Made by a program: the position numbers and the translations under genes
In this document: piece after piece, positions 36,343 to 47,375 of the stretch
Position numbering within the stretch: position 1 is the first letter of the stretch
How the letters are laid out: the number at the start of each line of letters is the position of its first letter
From: Octopus bimaculoides
Taxonomy: Eukaryota
Direction: 5' to 3'
Assembly: GCF_001194135.2 (NCBI RefSeq)
Contig: NC_068986.1
Location: 34,763,906-34,827,905, forward strand
DNA length: 64,000 nt
Notes under the pieces: generated by a model
Databases searched by the model: none
Seen by the model: only the letters and a program-made list of their open reading frames with translations
What the model was told of the DNA's origin: nothing

Positions 36343-36562
36343 AATAATAATATCAAAAACAAGAGCAACAACATGAGATTTTGTCATTGTGCAAATTAGT
36401 TTTATCCTACACTTCACAAATTTCCTTTTTGCATTTGTTTTATAAGATTCTTGATTTGAAATGGTGCATCAAAACAGATGTTTTTTTATCTTGGGAGGGT
36501 CATTTTACTTATAAAGAATTACACGCACTGATTCTATTATACTTTATTATTATTACTATTTG

Positions 36563-36733
36563 TCAACTAGATAACCAGTCAACTGATTGATTGCTTGATT
36601 AAGATCAGCGCTTGGATTAACAAGGACGTGTCACTGATGAGGTTGTGAATATCGGTGAAAGGGTTCCGACAAACCAACTGATTGAGTGAACATTTAATCA
36701 GGCAATCTATTAGTTAATTGGTTAACTAGTTGA
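36563..36733 (+). repeat. 40-bp imperfect inverted repeat enclosing a hammerhead-like core
   Basis: Arms 36563-36602 and 36694-36733 are 34/40 identical after rc (37/40 paired with G.U). The loop contains CTGATGA (36634-36640) and GAAA (36657-36660). Confidence 0.75.
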
Positions 36734-36776
36734 TGACGATGACAACAACAACAACAAAAACTACTACTACTACTAC

Positions 36777-36810
<34 letters not shown>

Positions 36811-37604
36811 AATAATAATAAATGAAGAAGGGAAATAGAACCACTATGTGTGTTTCTTTTTGACAAAATGGACTTTCAAAGATAAAAAAAAGTTTTACAA
36901 ATTATTCTGTGAGATAACCAAGATCATTGTAGCGTCACCGCTTTGCCAATATTTTCATTTAGCATGATACAAGTCCATTCAAACATGTCTTCTTATCGTA
37001 GGTGTTGAATTAATTAAATTCAGGCTTGGGATCGAGTGTTTCAGTATTATGTTGATAGACTCAGTAGAGTGATAGACAAAAATGCTTTGCGGTATTCATT
37101 TGTAAAGCTTTGTGTTGTAAGTTTAAATTCTCCCAAAAACCAACTTCATTTAAAAAATTTTTTTTATTCTTTCACTCTTTTTCACTGATTGTAAAATAAG
37201 GATCAGTTGAATATGGAAGGGTTGCTCCAATCAATTCTCAAAAACAGTNNNNNNNNNNACATTTTTAGCATAAAACCTTATTTTGCTCCCTGGTGACTAA
37301 ACATTTTTTTTTTTAAAGATTTTTCTTTTATGTTTTACAAGTTTAATTAGTTCTTTTGTTTATTTATTTATTTATTTTTTTCATGGGTGATGGTGGAGTA
37401 ATTAACCTCATACACTGACTAAATACCAGTTCTTTCCCAGTTAAGTTTCTTAATTAGCTAATTTCATTGTCATTCAGGCAAGATTTATGCTCAACATTTT
37501 CCCAATAGGTGTTATTTAGTTTGTAAATCAGCTTTTTCTTTCTTTTCTTTCTTAAATTTGTATCATTATTATTGTTGACGTTGTTATTAGAAAGGGTAGT
37601 GGGT

Positions 37605-37713
37605 TGGCAAAATCATTAAAGCACCAGACAAAATTCTTTGCAGCATTTGTTTCTGTACTTTGTTTTGTATTCAAATAAAGTACCAGTCAAGTATTGGGCT
37701 GATGGTGTTGACT

Positions 37714-37768
<55 letters not shown>

Positions 37769-38238
37769 TCAAAATTGCTGGCCTTGTGCATAAATCAGAA
37801 ACTACTACTATTATTAATATTAAGGCGGCAAGCTGACAGAATCATTAGCATGCTTAGCAGTATTTCGCCTGATGCTACATTCAGAGTTCAAATTCCACCG
37901 AGGTTGACTTTGTCTTCCATCCTTTTGGGGTTGATAAATTAAGTACCAGTGAAGCACTGGGGTCAATGTAATCAACTAGTCCCCTCCCCCAACATTTCAG
38001 GCCTTTAATAGAAAAGATTATTATTATTATTATTAAGATAGTGAGCTGGCATAATTGTTAGCACGCTGGACAAAATGCTTAGTGGTGTTTCACCCATCGC
38101 TACATTCTGAGTTCAAATTCCACCAAGGTTTACTTTGCCTTTCATCCTTTGTGGGTTGATAAAATGAGTACCAGTTGAGTACTGGGTTCTATGTAATCAA
38201 CTAGAGACCCTCCCCCAAAATTTTGGGCCTTGTTATTA

Positions 38239-38285
<47 letters not shown>

Positions 38286-38490
38286 GATATTATTATTCTG
38301 GCAGAATTGTTAGCAGATCGGACAAAATGCTTCGTGGCATTTCTTTTAGTTTTTTCACATACTGAATTTGAATTCGGCCAAGGTCAACTGTGCCTTTCAT
38401 CCCTTTGTAGTTAATGAAACAAGTACCAGTTGACTACTGAGGTCAATTACATTGACCCAAAATTTCAGGCCTTGTGCCTATAGTAAAAAC
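37605..38490 (+). mobile_element. Head-to-tail array of four SINE B copies
   Basis: Units at about 37605-37800 (with internal (CT)n), 37820-38030, 38035-38230 and 38300-38490, each starting in the previous (ATT)n or (ACT)n tail. Confidence 0.9.
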
Positions 38491-39709
38491 AGATTATTTA
38501 TTTTATTTATTGGTTATTTTCACTATTCTAACTACTTACTTGGGTTAAAATGTTTGCATTTTCCCGTGCAGGGTTAGGTTCAAGAAAAGGTTAAAAAAAA
38601 AGAAGAAATGAATAAAAAAAAAGAACCTGAAAAGTCTCTACAATATATAATGTTATTGTGTTTAAAAAATGAATAGATTTTCAATGCAACTTCTCGTTCT
38701 CTTTAGCCATTTATTTCATTTCCTCTAGGTGATCATTATTTTCTTTCCAGACAAACTCAGCATTCAATATTCTAATTATGTTCATATACAAATGGTGTTT
38801 TAAATGCTTTTTTTTTTTGTTTTGTTTTCTTATCTATCTACTAGATCTAAATTGTGTGTCTGTGTGTCCTTCATTATCCAACTTTCTTCAGTTCAGTTAA
38901 AAACCTTTCAGAAAGCAACAATAGCTGTCACCAATCTCTCTTACTGTAAATATAACAGTTCCCCCACCACCACCACCACCACCACTCTCTCTCTCTCTCT
39001 CTCTCTCTGCCAGCACTAGTATAAGAAACTATTGATTCGTTAATGTAACTAACTAATTGATGCATCACTGATGAGCAAAAGGTTCGAATGTAATTAATAA
39101 TTAGTTAGTGAAAAACCAGTGAGGGCTAATATCTGTCTACTGTATATAGCTATCAATGATATGATACAATTAGAGATTGACAAATAATAATGATGATGAT
39201 GATGGTGATGATGATGATTGTAATTCAGGATGTACAGTTACATTTTTATTTCTCAAAATTGTTTCTGTTGAAAGCTTTATGTCAACAGAATCATCTTGGT
39301 GAGCAGTATACAATATGAGGCTATTGAGTGCATATGTGAAGACACATGAAGTTCCTTTTCTTATAAATGGTTCATTTAATGTCAAATAGGATCAAAGTTT
39401 TGTTCAATGATATCATTTTTCATCCTGGGACCACTAGATTCCTGATCATCATTCTCGAGATGACTTCATCTCTGCTTTTAAGCACTGACTGACCATAAAG
39501 GCCGCGATATGCTTAATAACTTTGAACTTATTTGGGTTGTCTGCTGGGAAGCTTTAATACATGTCTGAATGAAGTGGAATCTTAGAAATTCAAGGTAAAA
39601 TGAGACAAATTCTGTGTAGGAATTGTGTAGGAATACCTTTAACTGACTAATAAGTGCAGGAACAAAGAATATTTTGCTTTGTGTAAACTATGCAGCTAGT
39701 GGACTTCAC

Positions 39710-39751
<42 letters not shown>

Positions 39752-40009
39752 AACATTGCTATTTCTGGTATCTACTTTTTTTTTTCATTCCATGCTGCTT
39801 AAGTTTTGCTATTATTTGGGATTCATAAAGAACACTACAAATAGCAGCAAAAATTGTTTATTCTGTGCTTGAAATTACCAGTTTCTTTTGATTCTCTAAA
39901 ATATAATAATGCAGGAGAAGTTTGTTATTCTGAGATTCCAGAAAAATAATGTCAGAACCAAACATTTCAAGAACAACTTTATCAGCTTATCATTAAATTT
40001 AGCTTATGG

Positions 40010-40320
40010 TGTGAAGGCACATGGCTCATTGGGCTTACATTCGTGGGGTTGTTAGTTCGATTCCTGGACTGGGCTGTGTGTTATGTTCTTGAGCAAGACA
40101 CTTTATTTCATGTTGATCCAATGAGTAGTGATGTCACTGGTGCCAAGCTGCATCAGCCTTTGCCTTCCCCTTGGATAATATTCTTGGCATGGAGTGGGGA
40201 AGCTGGTATGCATGGACGACTGCTGGTCTTCCATAAACAACCTTCCCTGGACTTGTTCCTCTGAGGAAAACTTTCTAGGTGCAATCTCATAGTCATTCAT
40301 GATGAAAGGGGATGTTTACC
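40010..40320 (+). mobile_element. tRNA-derived SINE family D, single copy
   Basis: GCACATGGCTCATTGG, B-box-like GTTCGATTCC, then TTGAGCAAGACACTTTATTTCA; ends in a T-run. Confidence 0.6.
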
Positions 40321-40500
40321 TTTTTTTTTTTTTTGGTTTATGGTACTGTTGTTAATGGCTGTGATGACTCCATTTCCTCCTCATCACCATTCTAGTCGGT
40401 CCTGAAATTAAATTCAGCTTCCCCAGTACAGTTTGGTTTCTCATTCCAGAGTAAGCTTTGAACCCAGAAATATAAACGCAAACTGCATGGGTACTATTAA

Positions 40501-40714
40501 CCCTTTAGCATTTAAACTGACCATATCCAACCCAAATATTTTACTTTTTATATTCAAACCAACCAGATCTAGCCTCTCACATCTACCCGACAATGTCAGC
40601 TTTAAAATAAACAGTCGCATCATTGAAATCTCAAAGCTACAAGATAATGTGATATTAATTCAAAACAATGTGAATAAATATTACATTTGATAGAATAATC
40701 TCAATGCTAAATGG
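40501..40714. mobile_element. piggyBac-type MITE family I, complete
   Basis: TTAA (40497-40500) CCCTTTAGCATT ... AATGCTAAATGG TTAA (40715-40718). Confidence 0.9.
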
Positions 40715-42109
40715 TTAAATATTCTGATATGTTCAGACTAGTATCTTCACTTTGGTTGTTATAGTCACAGTATTTCAGCCATTGTAACCTACAGCCTTTT
40801 TCAGCTGTCTGTCGCATTTGATAATGTTCTCAGAATTTCTAATCGGGTTTTTGTTTTTGAGAGTCCATGATAGGTAAATTGTTCTCATTCCATCGTCCAT
40901 ACCAGGGATATCCTTTTTAGTTCTCTTACATGTGATACTGTTTGTTAGTTCATTGTGCGTCAGCTAGAGTGAGTGAGCAAGTATGTGTTTATACATATAT
41001 ACATACATAGGTTGATTGATCCATGAATTGAACTCAGCACCCACTAGCTATACTGCTACACTCAACACTTAATTCTTAATTAGTGCTTATGTTCATTATC
41101 CTATTTACCCCATTGTCTCATAGGACTATCCAGGCCACTCTGTCCCATTTTCCCCCTCGTACTGTTCTTATACACTCATGGAAACAATGATATGAATCTA
41201 TATTCTGATAGTATAACACAAGCTTGCCAGGGATGCAAGCCTCAGTTATAACGGTTACACTGAGTGACAATATTAGATGACGTGTGTGTGTATGCGTTGA
41301 TTCATCATTACCATCATAACATGATTTTTTTTATCTTCATGTGGATTTTACAGTACACAATATCTCTATTATCTTATCTACGAAGGCCGACATTCTTAGA
41401 TCTGATGTCATCTAATCTTTTTCTGTTTTCTTTTTCATCCACCACAAACATCTTCCATTGTCAGCTCATGGCACTTTTTTTCTTCTTTTTTTTATTCTCT
41501 CTCTCTCTCTCAACCAGCAGGTGTTATTAATTCGCATTACATGCTTACATCACCAGCACACAACTGCCTTTAATATTCAGCCATTTTACTCTGTTCACTT
41601 GTGCTTAGCCCGAATGATTAGAACATAATAAGCAGTTATATAGGTGTACGATTCTTGTTGTTACCCAGTAAAATATCATAGTGAAAAGAAGTGAATTGCT
41701 ATACACATGTCAGTCAATCTACAAATTACAATGACAGCGTATGTAATATCTTCTCCGATTTCTTTTCTATTGTCCCAATTGATTGAAATTAGATTGAAGT
41801 GGTTGTTTGTCTATTTATAAATAGTTAAAACTTTATTGATTTTTATGGAAAGTGTTTAGATATACTACCCACCCCCCACACACACACTCTCTGTTTTCAC
41901 TTATGTTAATATTTGAAAGGAATATGATTTTTTTCCCCTACTTTCCAACTCTTCAAATCTTGATTCAGCATTGCTGTTATATATTCTTGCTTTTTTTTTT
42001 TTTTTGTTCACCTGTATAGTTTAAAGCATGAGAAATTTAATAAAAAACACTAACACTAATAAAAAGAACAAGCATGCATGTTCAATAATGGCTGTTCTTA
42101 GCTAGGTAT

Positions 42110-42430
42110 CATCATCATCATCATCATTGTTTTAATGTCCACTTAATCCATTTTTGTATGAGTCTGACAGAATGTGTTGAAGCAGATTTTCTATGGCTAG
42201 ATGCCTACCCTTCCTGTCACCAACTCTCACCTCTTTCTAAGCAGGGTAATATTCCCCTGTGGCCAGACATGCTTTCATGGAAGAGAGGAAGCATACACAC
42301 AATGAGATTTTTCCAGTCTATTAAATCCACAGTCCATTCATGAGACTTTGGTTGACCTGGAGGTATAGTAGAAGATACTTGCCTAAGATGCCATGCAGTA
42401 GAACTGAGCTCAAAACCATACAGCCATACT
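42110..42430 (-). mobile_element. SINE family A head with RTE-type (GAT)n tail
   Basis: Reverse-complement counterpart of 169-535. Confidence 0.75.
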
Positions 42431-43044
42431 TGAGTCTTGTATATCTGCTTGAATTTACAAATGGTTTTTGGAAAATAATCAGAACATGTTGTGGCATTTA
42501 TTCATTTATCTGAAGCTGTGTTTCACTCTATCATAACTCCAAAAAACACAGTTTTGTTATTCAAACAAAATGGACCATTATTCCTTGATACCAATGTGGA
42601 ATGATGCATTTACAGTGTTACAGAGTTATAAATGTTACTATTTCACTTAGTAGTAAATAATATTCATTCTTTAATTAACTACATCCGTCTCTTTTTTAGT
42701 TGTTAGTTTTCAAGGCTGACAACTTCAGTGATTCACTAGAAAAGTAAACAAACAGATCTGCATATCTTGATTAGAATATAATTTGATGATAAGTAAATTA
42801 ATTAGTGATTTTGAAAGAGATACACAAACACCAAACATCAAATTTATTGGTTTCATTTGTACATGTATACATAAAATGTTTGCAAGTAGGAGGTTTTTTT
42901 TAGGTTTATTTTTGGTGCTTATATTGTTTAGCTCTTGGAGATTGGCCCTGTTCTAGCAGATTTATGATCAAAGGAATTCTGGCTGTGTTTCTCAGACTAC
43001 ATTATTTTGATGTGTCCTCCTATATATATATATACATACATACA

Positions 43045-43080
<36 letters not shown>

Positions 43081-43184
43081 CTTATCTATATACATACAGA
43101 TATACACACATACATTACATACATACACATGTATATGTGTGTGTGTATATATGTATATTGTGTAGATATATACATATATGTATC

Positions 43185-44000
43185 ATCAACATCATCATCA
43201 TCATTTAATGTCTGTTTTCCATGCAGTCATGGGTTGAACAGTTTGACTGGAGCTGGCTAGGCTTAAGACTGCACCATGTTTCATTCTCTGTTTTGGCATG
43301 TCTTTTTTATATTTTTATGGCTGGATGCCCTTCCTAACACCAGCCACTCTGCAGAGTGGACTGAATGCTTTTTACATGGCAACAACACAGGGCGAGGTCA
43401 GTTTTGGCATGGGTTTTTTTTTCACAGTTGGATGCCCTTCCAAATGCCAACCACTCTACAGTGTGGACTGAATGCTTTTTACGTGGCACCAGCACTGGCA
43501 GGGTCACCAAGTGACTTGCAAGACAGAAAGATCCTTTGAGAAGGGAGTGAGTGTTGGAAGAGGGGATTTTGTGCCAGATGATGAAAGGTTAAAGTGTGAC
43601 AAGGAGTCAGAAACAGGTGTCTCACTGTTGAGATCTATGGTTACCTGGTTTGAGAGACAGAAGGAGTGATCAAGACTGAGGCCAGTAGCGGGTGTTTTGC
43701 ATGGTTAACTAGTCTGAGACATAGAGCAAGAAGAAGAGTGCAAGAGAGCAGGAGAGAAATGGTGACAAAGTGCCAGGGTATGCTCTAACAAGGAACAGGG
43801 GCCAGAATATAAATAGGATGGTAGAGAAGGGCCAGGGAGAGATAAGTGGTGGCAAAGTGGTAGGGTATTGCCAAGGTGCATGAGTAGTGAGTAGATACTT
43901 TAAATGAATGCAAGGAACGTGGGGGTGGGGTATACAGCGACTGGTAAAACGTGGGCATATATAGTGGGGGTTGGGGACACAGTATGGTGTGATTTGAGGG
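43185..44000 (-). mobile_element. Family E long retroposon fragment with an internal duplication of about 120 bp
   Basis: Begins (CAT)n TTAATGTCTGTTTTCCATGC. The unit TTTTGGCATG...GGATGCCCTTCC...GTGGACTGAATGCTTTT occurs twice (about 43290 and 43400). Homologous to 10020-10500. Confidence 0.7.
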
Positions 44001-46315
44001 AGATTTGACTGCTGTTTTATACAATTTAGTAACTGTATGAATGGCTTCTTCATGGTGTAGTGGTCATGGTTTGTCCCTTAAAAACAGTTGGTTGCTTAAC
44101 GTCTAAAAGTGTGTTTATCATTAGACTGTCATGGCCAAAAGCTTCACATTCTGTAATGGATTTATTGGTGTTCATAAGCCTTGAGTGGTTTTTAACTCTC
44201 ATCTACTGTTAACAAACGCAATCATTTTCACACTCCCCTGGCACTACAACAAATGCCAGTTTGATAAAATGAAAACCTTGTCTCTCAGATATTTGGTCAA
44301 TCATTTTTACATACACTCCTGTATGTCTGGTTTAGTTTATACACTGCTAGGGAAGTTCTATTGTTGCCTCTGCTGTTTTTCCAACCGACTATTTTAGCCA
44401 TAAAATAAACTATTTTGGAATCCATAGAAAATCTCCTGCAGCCTATTTCAGCTGTCAGTTTTTGATGATGCTTTTTACTTTCTAGAATCTCTAGATTGCG
44501 TGATAACTACTGTTAGCTGCTTCAAGTAGATGTTTGATTAACTATATAAGGAACTACTTTAACAACAAACTTGTACTTCATTTCCATCATTACTATAAGG
44601 ACATGTGTGTGTGTGTGTTTATATATATATATATATATATNNNNNNNNNNNNNNNNNNNNNNNNNNNNNNNNNNNNNNNNNNNNNNNNNNNNNNNNNNNN
44701 NNNNNNNNNNNNNNNNNNNNNNNNNNNNNNNNNNNNNNNNNNNNNNNNNNNNNNNNNNNNNNNNNNNNNNNNNNNNNNNNNNNNNNNNNNNNNNNNNNNN
44801 NNNNNNNNNNNNNNNNNNNNNNNNNNNNNNNNNNNNNNNNNNNNNNNNNNNNNNNNNNNNNNNNNNNNNNNNNNNNNNNNNNNNNNNNNNNNNNNNNNNN
44901 NNNNNNNNNNNNNNNNNNNNNNNNNNNNNNNNNNNNNNNNNNNNNNNNNNNNNNNNNNNNNNNNNNNNNNNNNNNNNNNNNNNNNNNNNNNNNNNNNNNN
45001 NNNNNNNNNNNNNNNNNNNNNNNNNNNNNNNNNNNNNNNNNNNNNNNNNNNNNNNNNNNNNNNNNNNNNNNNNNNNNNNNNNNNNNNNNNNNNNNNNNNN
45101 NNNNNNNNNNNNNNNNNNNNNNNNNNNNNNNNNNNNNNNNNNNNNNNNNNNNNNNNNNNNNNNNNNNNNNNNNNNNNNNNNNNNNNNNNNNNNNNNNNNN
45201 NNNNNNNNNNNNNNNNNNNNNNNNNNNNNNNNNNNNNNNNNNNNNNNNNNNNNNNNNNNNNNNNNNNNNNNNNNNNNNNNNNNNNNAAGAGAAGCATATA
45301 ATTAGAAGACCAATGGTTCTCAAGCTGCAAAGTGAACATTTTTCTTGCTTATTATTTATTTACAAATTGACTTATATTGCTGTTCATATTTCAAATTGCT
45401 ATTATTAAAAGCCATCTATCTTATTCTCCGACTTTACTCCTTCAGCTTTTCTTCATCGTTCTTCAGCCAACATATCTCCTGATTTTGCATTCCTTTTTCT
45501 AACCCACCCCTCCTCTCTTCTCCCTCTCTCTCTCTCTCTCATTCTAAACCCTTTTATTCTCCCCTTTTATTCATCCACACATCTCAGTTTTCATTATATT
45601 TCATCATTGTTTGCTTCTTTTCATTTTTGTTTCTTTCCATCTTGACCACATTCATTCCTTTTCTCTCAAACTGCCTTTGTGTTTCCTTCTTTCACACCCT
45701 CTTTCTCTTCGTTTACCTCATTACTCACCATGCATTCACTCCCATCTCTCTCTCTCTCTCTAACCTATTTAATTTAACTCCTCTCACTACATTTCTCACC
45801 ATCTCTTCTAAATCTCCCTTTCTTCCCCTTCTACACTCTTACATCACATTTTCCTTTATCTTTTTCCCTGTCTCCTTACAAACACCTCTCTTCAGACCCA
45901 TCCATCCTTCTGAACGTACAAAGATACCTTCAAGATTATTATTACCTGATTTCTTATAAATTTCTCTGTAAATATAATTCAACATTTGCTTAGGTGGATT
46001 CCATCCTAGCCCACCATTCCATGTCTTTACCTTGTTCCTTCTCAGTCTTTCATCAGGAACCTGAAAGAGTTTTAAAGTCTTGTGTTGCTAAACCAACCAG
46101 AAAAGACTAAGATTCAATGAGTTTGAATTCAAAATATATGCTTTAGTGTAATCTCATTAAAATGGTATTTGAAGCAGTTGTAAGGTATATGCTATCAGTG
46201 TATTATATCATATTTCTCTCTCTGCTGCAGAATGCTGATTGGCAGTATGGACAGAGATTTAGGAGAGAGTTAAAGCTTGTTAGAATCATAATGGTGTGGA
46301 TGGTGATTGTTGCTG

Positions 46316-46349
<34 letters not shown>

Positions 46350-47239
46350 GGTGGTGGTGGTTGTGGTAATGAAGGTAATGATGGGGGGGGGGAGTGGCTG
46401 GTCGTGAGGGTGGAATGGAGCACTAGCTCTTGGACAGAACTAGTTGTTGATTTATTTCTTACATTCTTGTGTGGCTGTGATTTATAGGTGCTAGTTCAGT
46501 ATCTGTTACCTTAAATGGCCTTTAGAGCATATCTTCTCATGCCTGACTGGTTTCAGTTCAATGTTCCTGTTGGAAAGAATTGCTTCATTTGATAAGTGTC
46601 ATCTATTCAATGAGAATGAAGCATGAACATTTGATTAAGGTTTGCTATCTGGGGAGTAGAAATGTAAAGGTGACGGGGGGGGGGGNNNNNNNNNNTAGAA
46701 ATGTAAAGGTGACGGGGGGGGGGGGTCTTCCTCTCCAGCAACATGAAGAGCTGTCAGCAGTGGTGACTGGCCACACATGAGGCTCACAGATTCTTTATCT
46801 CTCAGCCTTTCTGTCCCACTCTTTATCCCTCCCTCTCTTCCTTTAATCCTCTGCCTCCTCCTCCTCATCTTCATCTTCATCCTTTTCTCTTGCCTTTATC
46901 TCCTTATCTATCTTTCTCTCTTTCTCTCTCACACAAGAACTGCTGTCACCCTTTTCCTAGTCTACATCTATAGTTAACAATTACACTGACTTGCTATTGC
47001 TTTGTAGAATGGAGCCAACTGTCCAAGACAAATAATGTGCTGGTCAATTTCTTTCAAATTTCTTTGTGACTGAGATTACAGTTATCAAACAGCTATTTAA
47101 AGCAGCAGGATGAGGGGAGGATAGGGTCTCCCCCAACCCTTATGATGCTCATCCCTGTTTCTATTCCTGGGTTTTCTTTCCATTAGTTAACAAATTCTCT
47201 GGGGATTTTTGTATTTCATATAAAGGGCAGCTGAACAGC

Positions 47240-47375
47240 AGAATAGGTGGGTGAAACATTGGACTATATATTTGGCATATACCCTTATGCACACTCAGAG
47301 TTCAAATCATACTGAAGTTAACTTGGCTGTTCATCCTTCTAGTTCAGTACTTAAGTATCAGTAAAGTACTGGGAA
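47240..47375 (+). mobile_element. SINE family B, degenerate
   Basis: AGCAGAATAGGT...CAGAGTTCAAATCATACTGAAGTTAACTTGGCTGTTCATCCTT. Confidence 0.6.

Noticed and set aside
43709-44053. 114-aa minus-strand ORF
   Set aside because: It lies inside the family E repeat and has no counterpart ORF in the homologous 10 kb copy.
46162-46407. 81-aa ORF with a good start context and a strong internal acceptor at 46230
   Set aside because: Splicing the 46-nt putative intron gives an immediate stop, and the 3' half is (GAT)n/(GGT)n.
46668-46723. Direct repeat TAGAAATGTAAAGGTGACG(G)n flanking ten Ns
   Set aside because: Typical unmerged contig overlap at a homopolymer, so an assembly artefact.
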